Of a stretch of 64,000 nucleotides of DNA, positions 17,257-32,289 are shown piece by piece. Below the pieces are notes generated by a model. It saw only the letters and a list, made by a program, of their open reading frames with translations, was not told where the DNA came from and did no database searches. Positions within the stretch are counted from its first letter, which is position 1, and the number at the start of each line of letters is the position of its first letter. Source of the DNA: the human T2T-CHM13v2.0 reference genome, Homo sapiens; assembly GCF_009914755.1 (NCBI RefSeq), contig NC_060929.1; one strand, 5' to 3'. The position numbers and the translations under genes were made by a program.

Positions 17257-18910
17257 CTTTTTCTAATTTAATTTAATTTAATTTTATATTCTGGGATACA
17301 TGTGCAGCATGTGAAGGTTTGTTATATAGGCAAATGTGTGCCATGTTTGTTTGCTGCACCTATCAACCCATCACCTACATATTAAGCCCCACATGCATTA
17401 GCTATTTATCCTAATGCTCTCCCTCCCCCTGCTCTCCCTCCAACAGGCCCCAGTGTGTTGTTCCCCTCCCTGTGTCCATGTGTTCTCATTGTTCAGCTCC
17501 CACTTACAAGTGAGAACATGCGATGTTTGTTTTTCTGTTCCTGCATTAGTTTGCTGAGGATAATGGCTTCCAGCTCTATCCATATCCCTGCAAAGGACAT
17601 TATATCATTACTTTTCATGGCTGCATAGTATTTCATGGTGTATACGTACCACGTTTTCTTTAGTCAGTCTATTATTGATGTGCATTTGGGTTGATTCCAT
17701 GTCTTTGCTATTGTGAATAGTGCTGCAATGAACATACACGTGTATGTATCTTTATGGTAGAATGATTTATATTCCTTTGGGTATATACCCAGTAATGGGA
17801 TTGCTGGGTCAAATGGTATTTCTGGTTCTAGGTCTTTGAGGAATCGCCACACTGTCTTCCACAATGGTTGAACTAATTTATATTCCCACCAATAGTGTAA
17901 AAGCATTCCTATTTCTCCATAGTTTCACCAGCATCTGTTGTTTCTTGACTTTTTAATGATTGCCATTCTAACTGATGTGAGATGGTATCTCCTCGTGGTT
18001 TTGATTTGCATTTCTCTAATAATCAGTGATGTTGAGCTTTTATTCATATTTTTTTTGGCCACATAAATGCCTTCTTTTGAGAAGTTCCTGTTCATGTCCT
18101 TTGCCCCCTTTTTAATGGGGTGGGTTGTTTGTTTTTTTCTTGTAAATTTGTTTAAGTTCCTTGTAGATTCTGGCTATTAGACCTCTGTCAGATGGATAGA
18201 TTGCAAAACTTTTCTTCCATTCTGTAGATTGTCTGTTCACTCTGATGATAGTTTCTTTTACTGTGCAGAAGCTCTTTAGTTTAATTAGATCCCATTTGTC
18301 AATTTTTGCTTTTGTGGCAATTGCTTTTGATGTTTTCATCATGGAATCTTTGCCCCTGCCTATATCCTGAATGGTATTGCCTAGATTTTTTTCTAGGGTT
18401 ATAGTTTTGTGTTTTACATTTAAGTCTTTAATCCACCTTGAGTTAATTTTTGTATAAGGTGTAAGGAAGGGGTCCAGTTTCAATTTTCAGCGTATGGCTA
18501 ACCAGTTTTCCCAGCACCGTTTATTAAATAGGGAATCCTTTCCCCATTGCTTGTTTTCGTCAGGTTTGTCGAAGATCAGATGGTTTTAGATGTGTAGTCT
18601 TATTTCTGAGATCCCTATTCTGTTCCATTTGTCTATGTGTCTGTTTTTCTACCAGTACCGTGCTGTTTTGGTTACTGTAGCCTTGCAGTATAGTTAGAAG
18701 TTGGGCAGCATGATGCCTCTAGCTTTGTTCTTTTTGCTTAGGATTGTCTTGGCTATATGAGCTCTTTTTGGGTTTCATATGAATTTTAAAGTAGTTTTTT
18801 CTAATTCTGTGAAGAATGTCAATGGTCATTTGATGGGAATAGCATTGAAACTATAAATTACCTTGGGCAGTGTGATCATTTTCATGATATTAATTCTTCC
18901 TATCCATGAG
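17257..18910 (-). mobile_element. 5'-truncated L1PA (L1PA7/8-like), 1.65 kb
   Basis: 3'UTR plus ORF2 C-terminal fragments (17664-17906, 18112-18483); imperfect TSD ccttatttcattttt (17242-17256) / cctcattttattttt (18911-18925). Confidence 0.93.
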
Positions 18911-20454
18911 CCTCATTTTATTTTTGTATGCCAATATGCATTGAGCGAATTAGCTGCAATCTTAAGCCAAACACATAAATTAATCTATTATGATCCAGAA
19001 TGCTGCTTTTGGGCTAAGATGTTTGTTTTCTTTCATGCTGCTAATGCCAGTGTTTGGTTGCCTTGAACTTTATTATTTAAATCTATTTTATTTTGCTTCT
19101 AGGTATGAGTATAAATAGCGTGGTAATTTGCTGTTTACTTCTTAATTGACTCTCACTTGCAAGGCCTCCTTATTCTGTGGGGGCTAAAAGAAGCTGTGCT
19201 GGGGAGAGTTCCTGCCTGCAAAAAGCTTAAATCTAGTGATGGTTAATAGGTTTAGTAGGCTGTCTGAGTGGGACATGGGGAGGGGTAAAAAGGAATTAAT
19301 TCACTCTCCAAATACTTTTAGAGCATCTATAATGTTGCAGGTGCTAGGTATTTGGAACTCATCAGTGAACAAAACAGACTATGAGTCTGTAGAGCTTACT
19401 ATAGTGGGAAGAGATAGGCACTAAATCACAAGCTTAATGTATGAGAGTTATCTCCCACTGGAAGGTGACACAAAAAATTAGACCAGGGTGAGGGGGAAGG
19501 AAGTGTCTTCTATAAGTCAGGCTATTCACAGGCACTCTTGATTATCAAAATAATCCTATCCTGTAATTGGAAAAATAAGAAAATTCAGGTTTAGAGAAAC
19601 TAAGACACTTTGATCTTTATAATCCAAAGGCCACCCCATCACTGTACCATGTGATATGGTACAGTGCTAAAATATGCTAAAATAAAGACACAAGGAAAGT
19701 TCAATGGAAGCAAATAAGAAAGCAGTGAATTCTGAAGGGGCTTCCCAGAACGCTTCATGGAAGAGGTGACATCCAATTGAGTCTTGAAAGAGGAGAGGGA
19801 GGATGATCCAAGAGAGAACTCAGAATACATTTGTATATGTCTACTTCAAAACATTGACTTTTTAGCTCGTATCCACATGATTGTGTAAAGGTCTTACTAT
19901 CTCAAACATGAAACCTCAAAAAGTTTTCCTACTGAATGGGAATTTATTTACTAAAAGCCAACTGCATTCCACAGCACTACAACATTCAAATAAAATGCCA
20001 AGACATAAATAAGCGCTATCATAATAAGGAAGAGAGCAGCCAAGTCAGCATTTTTAAAAGAAAAAAAAAATCCTGAGGCTCTGAGCCAGAAAGACCTCTC
20101 CCAAAAAGGAGGTGGCTGAGGCTCAAGCCCCTCCTGAGGGGATGCTCTCAGATGGCCTCTCAACTGCAGTAACTCCTCAGGTCTTAGGGGAGGTCGCAGT
20201 ATGACTGCCCTTGCTCATTCATTTTCTGTCACAGAGCTCTGTCCGTGGCTTCACCCATTACGGAAATTGGGACTATTTTTTCAGGCCTGTCTTTATTAAT
20301 TGTAATGCTTTGGCTATCTTCCAAACCATCTTCTTAACTGAGTGCTTACATGCATTTCCTGAAGAATGTGAATTGAATTTTTTCCATTATCTGACTCATG
20401 TTCTTCTTAAGTGGATGGCCTTTTTTCTAATGTGTCTAATAATGGCTTTCTTTT

Positions 20455-20895
20455 TGTATGCTTTTGATTGAAATGTAATGTACATCCAGAGAAGTACAAA
20501 AATCATAAGCGTACAGCTTGATGAATGTTCACAAAGTGAACACACTTAGATAACCAGCACCTAAATTAAGAAGCAGAACCTTCCCAGCCCCCCAGAAGCC
20601 CTCTTCTTCCTCTTCCAGTCACTGTTTCCCACCCTCAAGAGTAACCCATGATTCGACTTCTAATACAAGTGATTAGTTTCACCTAATTAGAACTTTATAT
20701 AAATATAAGTGGAATCACATAGTATGTATTATTTTGTGTGTGGCTTATTTTATCCAACATTATGTTTGGATATGCAGTTGCCAATGGCTGCAGTTTGTGT
20801 ATTCTCAGGTTGTAGAATGTCTCCATGGAGTGAATAGATCACAAGGTATCTATTCATTCTGCTTCTGATGGCATTTGGGTTGTTCCCAGTTTGTG
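20455..20895 (-). mobile_element. Old L1M (MB/ME) 3' fragment
   Basis: gtacagcttgatgaatgttcacaaagtgaacac...tggaatcacatagtatgta...catttgggttgttcccagttt. Confidence 0.7.
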
Positions 20896-21044
20896 GTTAA
20901 ACCATTTAGCTGATTGCTTTAAATTGGTGAAAATTATGTGATTGAAAAGAAAAAAATATTATGCTATTAATGGATATTCTATCATTATTAGAGGAATTCT
21001 AAATTTAAAAAATTATGCTAGACAGTAAACTCCTTGAAAACAAG

Positions 21045-21500
<456 letters not shown>

Positions 21501-21514
21501 TTTTTTTGAGAACT

Positions 21515-21931
21515 ATTAGAGAGTAAGATACATTATGGGAATTGGTTCATGTGATTATGGAGGCTAAGAAGTCCCATAATCTGCTATCTGCAAACTGGAG
21601 AATCAGGAAAGCTGGTGATGTAATTCGGTCCAAGCTCAAAGTCCTGAGAACCAAGAGCACCGATGTCCGAGGGCAAGAGAAGATGGATGTCCCAACTCAA
21701 ACGAAGAGAATGAATTTGCCCTTCCTCTGCCTTTCTGTTGTATTCAGGCCCTCAACAGATTAGGTGATGCCCAACCACATTGGTGAGGGTGATATTCCCT
21801 ACTCAGTCTACTGATTCACACACTAATCTGTTCCAGAAACACCCTCACAGACACACCCAGAAATAATGTCTTACCAGCTATCTGGGCATCTCTTAGCTCA
21901 GTGAAGGTGACACAAAAAATCAATTATCACA
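21515..21931. mobile_element. MLT2B-like ERVL solo LTR
   Basis: attggttcatgtgattatggaggctaagaagtccc...ctgcaaactggagaatcaggaaagctgg...aaacaccctcacagacacacccagaaataatg...aattatcaca. Confidence 0.85.
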
Positions 21932-21949
21932 AGCCTTTAAAAAAGTGAT

Positions 21950-22206
21950 GAAGTAAAAATGAGATATTAGACTGGGTCATAATCCAGCCTGACTGGTGTA
22001 CTTGCAAGTAAAGGACATTTTGAGAGCATGAGAGAGAGCTAGAGCCAGAGAGTCAGACATTTGCACACATAGAGGAAAGACCGTGTAAGAACACAGTGAG
22101 AAGGTGCACATGTACAAGCTGAGAGGAGAAATCTCAAGAGAAATCAACCTGATGAACCTTTTTCAGCCTCCAGATTGTGAAAAAAAAAAAATTTTTGGGC
22201 TGTTTA
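21950..22206. mobile_element. MLT1A/B-like MaLR LTR fragment
   Basis: aatccagcctgactggtgt...acacagtgagaaggtg...cagcctccagattgtga...gctgttta. Confidence 0.65.
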
Positions 22207-22209
22207 GGT

Positions 22210-22329
22210 GAAAGAAAGGAAGGGGGTGGGAGAGAGAGAGAGAGGAAGGAAGGAAGGAGAGAGGGAGGGAGGGAAGGGAAAGAAAGAAAAAAGAGAAAAG
22301 GAAAGAAAGAAAGAGAGAGAAAGAAAAAG

Positions 22330-22396
<67 letters not shown>

Positions 22397-22428
22397 GAAA
22401 AGAAAAGAGGGAGGGAGGGGAGGGGAGG
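22210..22428. repeat. Polypurine (GAAA)n/(GGAA)/(GA) compound microsatellite
   Basis: ~220 bp almost purely A/G with a long perfect gaaa run at ~22331-22395. Confidence 0.97.
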
Positions 22429-22741
<313 letters not shown>

Positions 22742-23289
22742 CTACTATGCAGTGGGTTCAGCAAATATTTGATGAATTTATAAATGAACTTTACAGATTT
22801 CATTGTTAGGTAAGAAAAATACCTACATAGGAAGCCATCTTACTAATCAATGAGCTTATTGTCAATGGAGATGTTCTAGCAAAGGGTGAATGATGGTTGG
22901 CAGGATAATTGAAGAAGAAATTTCTGCAATGGGTATGGGCTGCTAGAAGTAGGTGCCCCCAATTCTAAGGTGCTAGAATTCTACTTAATAAGTTGTAATT
23001 ACACAAGTAATGTCATTTTGAGTTGAAAGTCAGTAAGAGCAGAGGAAATAAGTTGTTTGTAGGTTATTGGGTTTTGGTGTTTTTATTTTTTGTTTTGTTT
23101 TACATTAAACACTTTCCCCAAAGCAGCAAAGAAAACCAGTGTTTCAATGAGTAGCAGCTTTCACTATATGTTGATTTTGCTTAATTTTCTTGTTTATTTT
23201 GTAATAAAACTTCTATAGTTACATCACGTGGCTTTAGTGATATTATTGTTTCTACTAAAACAAAACAAAATTCTCAGTAAAACAGTACA

Positions 23290-23540
23290 TCATGACTATG
23301 AAGAGCAGAAATTCAGGAGCCAGACTGCCTGGGTTGAATCTTACCTAGTTCCACTACTTATTAATTGTGTAATTTTGAGCAATTTATTTAACTTCTCCAT
23401 GCTTTGAATTCCTCATTTGCAAAATGTGGCCAATATGGTGCCTACCCCATAAAGGCATTGAGAGGAATAATCACCTAAGGTGGTTGAAATAACGCCCAAC
23501 ACATAGTAAGCATTTGATCAGCATTAGCCTTTGTTATAAA
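23290..23540. mobile_element. MIR
   Basis: caggagccagactgcctgggttgaatc...ttccactacttattaattgtgtaattttgagcaatttatttaacttctcc. Confidence 0.75.
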
Positions 23541-24299
23541 TGCTGTCACTCATATTGTAGACATTCGTTACATACTGCCCAAATATTTAATTAATATTCA
23601 TGAAAATGCTTAGTGTTAAAGAGATGCTATAAATTGTACTTGGTTTCAACGTAGGGTGATCACCTTTTCTTTCATGACTAAACATGTCAGGGAGGTTAAA
23701 GAGAAGTACACAAACCCAGCAGGATGACATCACTGGTATGCATGAAAGAGAATGTGCAGGAAAATCCTTGGTGTTATCTCTAGAGGATCTTCATTGTCAG
23801 AGCCTTGGAGATCCTGAACTAGATAAAATGAGCCCCAGGTAACAACAAGGTTCCCCCACAAGGGCTGGAGAATGTTGGAATATGCATGGATAATGCAATG
23901 TTCCTTCACTCATTTGTTCATTAGTAATTCATCTAATTCTTGATCTCTCTCTCTCTCTCTCTTTCACTCTCTCTCTTTTTCTCCTATAAAGGATCTACCA
24001 CCTTAGTACTCTCTACCCAAAGCCTCGTCAAAACCCTCCGGAGCACTTAAAGCTCTAGTATTAAACCTGTTCATAAGCCTCTACTTGTGTTCATTACATT
24101 TTATCTGTGTGTTCTGGAACAGAAGTGTCAAAAGGAGGTGATCTGTAACAATTCAGAATTGTACCAAGAAACAGAGTAAAGCCAAGATGAATCTTTAGTT
24201 TGGAAGGATGTGATTTTCTTCCTGTTTATCAAATATAGATAAGTTACTTTCTAAGGGAAAGCTACAGGGAGGAATACGTCCAAATCTCCTTGTTTTTGA

Positions 24300-25230
24300 C
24301 TGGAATAAAAAATAATGATAAGCAAGCCAGATTAAAAAGTAAAGTATGAATACATATGAAAATTTAAAATGTTTGTAGTTTTCAAAATTAAAAATACAGT
24401 CAACACAAACAAAAATTAAACAAGGAAAATGTGCAGCAAATGTAATGAGTAAAAAGTATCTTTATAAAATATTCATAGAAAACATTAACAAAAATGTAGA
24501 CCTTAATAGTCTGTGAGTAAAATATTCACAGAAAATGTCATTAACTGCTTAGCTAATATAAAAAAAAGTTCAACAACAATAGTAATAAAGAAATGCTAAC
24601 AAAAACAACAGAAAACATTTCTTTTGATGAAGATTCTTGGATTAATGTGTTGAAATAATAATACTCAGAGGTGTTGAAGATGGACACAGTAACTGTGTAG
24701 ATGAGAGACTAAATTAGTATATTCTTGGATTTAATTTTTAAAGTATGTGTCATATAGATGTTCATTACTTTATGCAATAATTCCACTTCTGTAAATCTAT
24801 TGTAAGTGTTCAAAAATTTAGCAAAACTTAATCAACAAAAATATCCATCAGTGTTATGTAGACAGTGAAACAGTAAAAACCACTCAAAATTAGAAGAATT
24901 ATTATGTATTCTATTAAATACAACTATGAAAAATAATGTTTACATAATTTGCAATATAACAGAAGAGCTCTACAATAATGTTAAGTGAGAGGAGCAGGTC
25001 ATAAAAATACAGCATGGCTGCAATAATGCAAAAACTTTGTTAAAAACTAACTTTCATAAATTCATAAAAATCTAACCATCACACCCAAAAAACAAACAAA
25101 ATATATCAAAATAGCAAATAAACAGTGGTTTCTGGGTGGTGGGACTAGGAATAAAGTTTTCCTTCTTTCAATTGATCCATGATTGTATGCATTCTTTGAA
25201 TGATCTCTAATAAGGATATTTACTTTTCAT
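24300..25230 (+). mobile_element. Ancient L1ME-type fragment
   Basis: A-rich decayed ORF2 end/3'UTR motifs (aagttcaacaacaatagtaataaagaaatgc; gcaataattccacttct); boundaries approximate. Confidence 0.5.
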
Positions 25231-25302
25231 ATTAGAAAAAAATGAGGGTAATAATTGAAAAAGTAAACTTGTGAGGAAAGGAAAATATCGAACTGTCACT
25301 TC

Positions 25303-25358
25303 TTTATTCTCTGCAGAGTAATAGATCAATTTTATTGTCTGCAAAGTAATAGATCAAT
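25303..25358. repeat. 28-bp tandem duplication
   Basis: tttattctctgcagagtaatagatcaat / tttattgtctgcaaagtaatagatcaat, 2 mismatches. Confidence 0.9.
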
Positions 25359-27345
25359 TTATTTTATCTTCATTGTAGCCCATGATCAGCATGTGGAGCC
25401 TGCATGTTAAATCCAGGTCATCTCCCAAAGTTTCCCTCTAGTATAGCATCTGGGTCTGCAAACCCAAGTCTTGACACCATTGGGAGCTATATTAAAAACT
25501 GAAAAGAAACCCCAAGGCTTTTAGTGCTTGCTTTTAAAGGAAAATGTTCCTTCTTCCAATCAATTCTGAGAAATTTTTAAATTTCATTTTTCTAAAACAT
25601 TAGAGTTTCAGTTATATTATTGATTAAACATCTTTTGAGTTTTGAGATCAGTGTGCTTCAGAAAGAGAAAGCTTTAAGCATATTTAAATTCAGAGATTGC
25701 AGGCATAAGGTAAAATTCTGCTGTCTCATTTGTTAGGTGAATTGCCTTCATGATGGGCAGGCTATAACAGAGAGACAAATAAAGAAGGGACTGAAGAATT
25801 AAAACTTATTAATGGCTCCTGGCTGACTTCTATGGAATGATGGGCTCCATGTGGCATCAAAGCCTCCTAAGATTCTGAAGCCCTAAGGTGCTGTGACTAC
25901 CAGGGACTTGGGACCTGGACCTAGGAAGAATGCATGTCTGTCGTGTTTCATCCTTTTGAGCCCGTCTGATGGCCAGGGTGCTGGAGGAAAGGATGTGTGT
26001 CACACATGGCCTGTGCCCAACACATCATGCTGCTGGCTTCTCAGACTCTCTAAGTGGGTCCTGACCAAGGTCTGTCATCACCAGCATAGGTTCTTATTAA
26101 CACTCAGTCCCTACAATATCTCCCTTTTGAAATCTACTTTCTTTCAACAAAGCAACTCTGAAAACTAGCTGTTACTTCAAAATAAAGTATAAGAAATAAA
26201 TTCTGACTACTATAATAATGTTTATTAGCCTCTCTTGGAGGGTTTATAAGTTATATATAATAATCTACTATTATAATATTATATATTAATATTATGTTAA
26301 CATTCAAATATTAGTCCAAGATTTTTAAAAAACATTATAACAAAATTTCAGACATGGTGATTAAACCAATGGAGGAGAGCTTTTCTGAGTCAGGACTTCC
26401 CGCACATTCCATACCACACTCCGTATTCTGGCTTAGCCCAGAGGTTGTACAAGACATCTTAATTCCTAATTTTTCAATATGGGCCAAAAAAAAAAAAAAG
26501 AGTAGAATACTCAAGAACTTCAGAGAGCTATTGCGGATTCTAAAATCTGTAACAAGCATCCATGCCTGAAGAAAGCTGACCTTTTTTGTTCCAAGTGTCA
26601 TTTGTCTTTTCAGCTCAGCACTTCAGGTCACACGTCTATGTCACTTTGCTCAATAAAACTCCCAATTGACACAAGTTCTGTGATACAATGCTAGTCTCTG
26701 GAATTGAAATAAGGGAAATATATTTTTAGTCCAGAACGTGTGAGCCATCAGACCAAATATCAGATACTTTGATCCTATGGTTCTGGAGTTCCATATCATT
26801 CAGCTTCTAGTCGTGGACTGGGAGAAAGCGAATTGATTAACGTGTGACAATTTATGGTCTGTTTAAGCTATACTAGTCAAAGACCAAGTGTGATATTTTC
26901 ATTGTCCATAATTACTTTTTAGGAAATGATACTATGATGGCTTTCTCCTTTACAATAAAAGAAAAAAAAGATTCTATCAGTAGTTCCGGTTTGGAGCTAT
27001 CATTTTGTCAAACATCCATGGTGTTTTTTGTTTGGATTGGTTTGGATTTTAGGCAACTCAATTGTGCTTCCTTAATAGCAGTTCTCTGTTAATGTTGAGA
27101 TAAGCTTTGAGGAGGCAGTGTGTATCTTGAAGAGATTACTGGATTCTGGGTTCACACAGCTTTGTGACTAGCAAAGTCAAAACTACTAATCTCAGTTTCT
27201 CTTGTCCATAAGAAGGTCCATGTATCTGCCCTACAAATCTCATAGGCTGTGGTGAAGATCAAATGTAATATTATATATTAGGATACTATAGGAATGAAAA
27301 TTATTAATAATAATTTATAATTTTTTTAATGGTTAAAGTAAGTTT

Positions 27346-30300
27346 GTTGTTGTTGTTGTTGTTGTTTTACTTTAGGTTCCAGGATGCATGTTCAGAAGGT
27401 GCAAGTTTGTTACATAGGTATGCAAGTGCCATGGTGGTTTGCTGCAGCCGTCAACCCGGTCATCTAGGTTTTAAGCCCTGCATGTATTAGGTATTTGTCC
27501 AAATGCTCTCCCTCCCTTTACCCACCCCCCTGACAGGCCCCGGTGTGTGATGTTCCCCTGCCTGTATCCATGTGTTCCCATTGTTCCACACCCACTTATG
27601 AGTGAGAACATGTGGTGTTTGGTTTTCTGTTCCTGTGTTAGTTTGCTGAGGGTGATAGTTTCAAGCTTCATCCATGTCCCTGCAAAGGACATGATCTCAT
27701 TCTTTTTTATGGCTGCATAGTATTCATTGGTGCATATGTGCCACATTTTCTTTATCCATTCTATCATTGATGGGCATTTGAGTTGTTTCCAAGTCTTTGC
27801 TATTGTAAATAGTGCTGCAATAAACATATGTGTGCATGGGTCTTTATAGTAGAATAATTTATATTCCTTTGGGTATATACCCAGTAATGGGATTGCTGAG
27901 TCAAACAGTATTTCTGGTTCTAGATCCTTGAGGAATCGCCACACTGACTTCCACAATGATTGAACTAATTTACATTCCCACCAACAGTGTAAAAGCATTC
28001 CTATTTCTCCAAACCCTTGCCAGCATCTGTTGTTTCTTGACTTTTTAATAATTGACATTCTGACTGGCATGAGGTTTTATCTCATTGTGGTTCTGATTTG
28101 CATTTCTCTAATGATCAATGATGTTGAGCTTTTTTTTATATGTTTGTTGGCTGCATAAATGTCTTCTTTTGACAAGTGTCTGTTCATATCCTTTGTCCAC
28201 TTTTTGATGGGGTTGTTTGTTTGTTTTTTTCTTGTAAATTTGTTTGAGTTCCTTGTAGATGCTGGATATTACACCTTTGTCAGATGAGTTGATTGCAAAA
28301 CTTTTCACCCATTCTGTAGGTTGCCTGTTAACTCTGATAATAGTTTCTTTTGCTGTGCAAAAGTTCTTTAGTTTAATTAGATCCCATTTGTCAGTATTGG
28401 CTTTTATTGCAATTGCTTTTGGTGTTTTCATCATGAAGTCTTTGCCCATGCCTATGTCCTGAATGGTATTGCCTAGGTTTTCTTCTAGGGTTTTTATTGT
28501 TTTGGGTTTTACATTTAAGCCTTTTATCCATCTTGAGTTAATTTTTGTGTAAGGTGTAAGGAAGGGGTCCAGTTTCAATTTTCTTCTTGTGGCTATCCAG
28601 TTTTCCCAGCACCATTTATTAAATAGGGAATCCTTTCCCCATTGCTTGTTTTCATCAAGTTTGTCAAAGATCAGATGGTTGTAGATGTGTGGTATGATTT
28701 CTGAGGTCTCTGTTTTGTTCCATTGGTCTATATATCTGTTACGTACCAGTACCATGCTGTTTTGGTTACTGTAGACTTGTAGTATAGTTTAGTGTCAGGT
28801 AGCATGATGCCTCTAGCTTTGTTCTTTTTGCTTAGGATTGTATTGGCTATACAAGCTCTTTTTTGGTTCCATATAAAATTTAAAGTAGATTTTTCTAATT
28901 CTTTGAAGATGTCAATGGTAGTTTGATGCAAATAGCATTGAATCTGTAAATTACTTTGGGCAGTATGACAATTTTCACAATATTGATTCTTCCTATCCAT
29001 GAGCATGGAATGTTTTTCCATCTGTTTGTGTCCTCTCTTATTTCCTTGAGCAGTGGTTTGTAGTTCTCCTTGAAGAGGTCCTTCATGTCCCTTGTAAGCT
29101 GTATTCCTAGGTATTTTATTCTCTTTGTAGCAGTTGTTAATGGGAGTTCATTCATGATTTGGCTCTCTGCTTGCCTGTTGTTGGTGAATAGGAATGCTTG
29201 TGATTTTTGCATATTCATTTTGTATCCTGAGACTTTGCTGAAGTTGCTTATCAGCTTAAGGAGTTTTGGGGCTGAGACAATGGGGTTTTTTAAATATAGA
29301 ATCATGTCATCTGCAAACAGAGACAATTTGACTTCCTCTCTTCTTATTTGAATATCCTGTATTTCTTTTGTTTGATTGCCCTGGCCAGAACTTCCAATAC
29401 TGTGTTGAATAGGAGTGGTGAGAAAGGGCATCCTTGTCTTGTGCTGGTTTTCAAAGGGAATGCTTCCAGCTTTTGCTCATTCAGTATGCTATTAGCTATG
29501 GGTTTGTCAAAAATAACTCTTATTATTTTGAGATATGTTCCATCAACACAGTTTATTGAGAGTTTTTAACATGAAGGGCTGTTGAATTTTATCAAAGGCC
29601 TTTTCTGCATCTGTTGAGATAATCATGTGGTTCTTGTCATTGGTTCTGTTTATGTGATGGAGTACGTTTATTGAAGTGTGCATGTTGAACCAACCTTGCA
29701 TCTCAGGAATGAAGTCGACTTGATTGTGGTAGATAAGCTTTTTGATGTGCTGCTGGATTCCATTTGTCAGTATTTTATTGAGGATATTTGCATGGATGTT
29801 CATCAGGGATATTGGCATGAAGTTTTCTTTTTTGGTTGCATCTCTGCCAGGTTTTGGTATCAGGATGATGCTGGCCTCATAAATGAGTTAGGTAGGAGTC
29901 CCTCCTCTTCAATTGTTTAGTTTCAGAAAGAATGGCACCATGTTCTCTTTGTACCTCTGATAGAATGTGGCTGTGAATCTGTCTGGTCCTGGGCTTTCTT
30001 TTTTTTTTTTTTTTTTTTTTTTTGGTTGGTAGGCTATTAATTACTACCTCAATTTCAGAACTTGTTATTGGTCTATTCAGGGATTTGATTTCTTTCTGGT
30101 TTGGTCTTGGGAGGGTGTATGTGTCCAGGAATTTATCCATTTCTTCTAGATTATCTAGTTTATTTGAATAGAGGTGTTTATAATATTCTCTGATGGAAGT
30201 TTGTTTTTCTGTGGGATCAGTGGTGATATCCCCTTTATCATGTTTTATTGTGTCTATTTGATTCTTCTCTCTTTATTAGTCTAGCTGGCAGTCTATTTAT

Positions 30301-30590
30301 TTTGTTAATTAAAAAAACAGTTCCTGGATTCATTGATTTTTGAAGGGTTTTCTGTGTCTCTATCTCCTTCAGTTCTGCTCTGATCTCAGTTATTTCTTGT
30401 CTTCTGCAAGCTGTTGGATTTATTTGCTCTTGCTTTTCTAGTTCTTTTAATTGTGATATTAGGGTATTGATTTGAGATCTTTTCCGCTTTCTGATGTGGG
30501 CATTTGGTGCTACAAATTTCCCTTTTAACACTGCTTTAGATGTGTCCCAGAGATTCTAATACAGTGTCTCTTTGTTCTCATTGGTTTCAA
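27346..30590 (-). mobile_element. 5'-truncated L1PA (L1PA7/8-like), 3.2 kb, (TTG)n tail
   Basis: Frameshifted ORF2 pieces 27471-30531 including LFADDMILY; TSD aagtaagttt at 27336-27345 and 30597-30606. Confidence 0.95.
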
Positions 30591-30607
30591 ATAATGAAGT
30601 AAGTTTT

Positions 30608-30895
30608 TTGTTTTTTTTTATACTTTAAGTTTCAGGGTACATGTGCACAACGTGCAGGTTTGTTACATATGTATACATGTGCTATGTTGGTGTGCTGCAC
30701 CCATTAACTCATCATTTACATTAGGTATATCTCCTAATGCTATCCCACCCCCCTACCCCCACCACACAACAGGCCCCGGTGTGTGATGTTCCCCTTCCTG
30801 TGTCCATGTGTTCTCATTGTTCAATTCCCACCTATGAGTGAGAACATGTGGTGTTTGGTTTTCTGTGCTTGCGATAGTTTGCTGAGAATGATGGT
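30608..30895 (-). mobile_element. Short 3' L1PA4/5-like fragment (~290 bp)
   Basis: tatactttaagtttcagggtacatgtgcacaacgtgcagg...gctgagaatgatggt; flanked by aagtttt at 30601-30607 and 30897-30903. Confidence 0.92.
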
Positions 30896-32289
30896 GAAGT
30901 TTTAAATAAAATTAGCTTTATAATATAACTGAAGCTGCAGGTCTTTGTTTATAAGCTCAATATCCTAGGTTTGAATTTTGGTTCTGCTGTTAACTAGACA
31001 TGTGACCTTAAACAAGCTATTTAAATGTTTCAGTTTTCTCACCTCTACTGTATATCAATGCCTATTATCCATGGGTTTTGTGAGTATTATAGATTACATA
31101 GTATGCAAAAACACAGAGAAATGTGACTGACTACAATTATTATTATCATAATTATTCTGGGTTAAATGAAGTTAAGGCTTCACCAATTGGACTAATAATT
31201 TTGATCCAGGTTTATGGCCAACCTGAAAAATTATGGCAAACAGCAAATATTTTTCCTTGAAACAGCGTGTTTATGAATAATTTGAATTATTCAGTAATTT
31301 CTTTTTCCTGTATCCTTTATTTGACAATGATGTACTTTATAGGGACTATGTAACGTCCATTTCTTTATTTTAGAGGGAACTTTTTAAAGGTGTGGTTAAA
31401 ACTTGTTTAACACAGAGATACTATTATGGCATATTTCATTTCTTCTTTCATTTGCATTTATGTATTTGATAAATCTACTTTGAGCTGTGTCTTATGTCTG
31501 GATAAATGCCAGAGGTGCAAGGTGCAGACAGAAAATTGGCTATGGTGAGAGGAGGGGCACCCAAGGAGAGTCCTAAAACTGTATCTACACCTGAGCTTCC
31601 TTAATTGAAACGACCATGAATAACTCAGGCAGAGTCTGGGTCTGATGTGAGAATTATGCTCTGTTCCAAAAGAAATTCATTTCAGATCTTTGATCTACCC
31701 TGGAGTGCACCAAATTCCCCCATCAACCCTGGAAAAAACTTGTTGCAACACTTCGGTGTTCTACTGCCAGGACAACTTCAAGCTAACTGTCTCTTATCCA
31801 ATCCTGACTTACATCCCTGAAGCCTGCCCAGAACAAAGTCAGGTTTATTTGCTCCAACTATCACATCTGATTAAATTCTCATTTCTATGGAACTTAGAGT
31901 GAAGAGAAATAAATGTTGGCAAAGACATATTCATAACTGCTTATTAGAATAGAGACATAGATTAAGAATCTCTTAAGACCTGAAGGAGAATATTCCAAGT
32001 GCTGAATATTCTATCTTTTCATTATTATAAAATTAAATCTGGAACAGAATAAATTGTGAGATAATTTGCCTTATAATAAGAATGTGACTAGAAGTTAGAA
32101 TTCAAAATTAGTATAGTAAAGCAAATCTAATCACAGTTTACAATATAAATAAGAATAGTTCATGATTCCTGCTGAATACTAAGTTAAGTACATGTAGATT
32201 TTATAAAACTCTATTATAATAGCCTTTTACAATACTTTACTATGATCTTTCGCATTTATTCAAATTTTGAATGCTTTAGAATGAATGTA

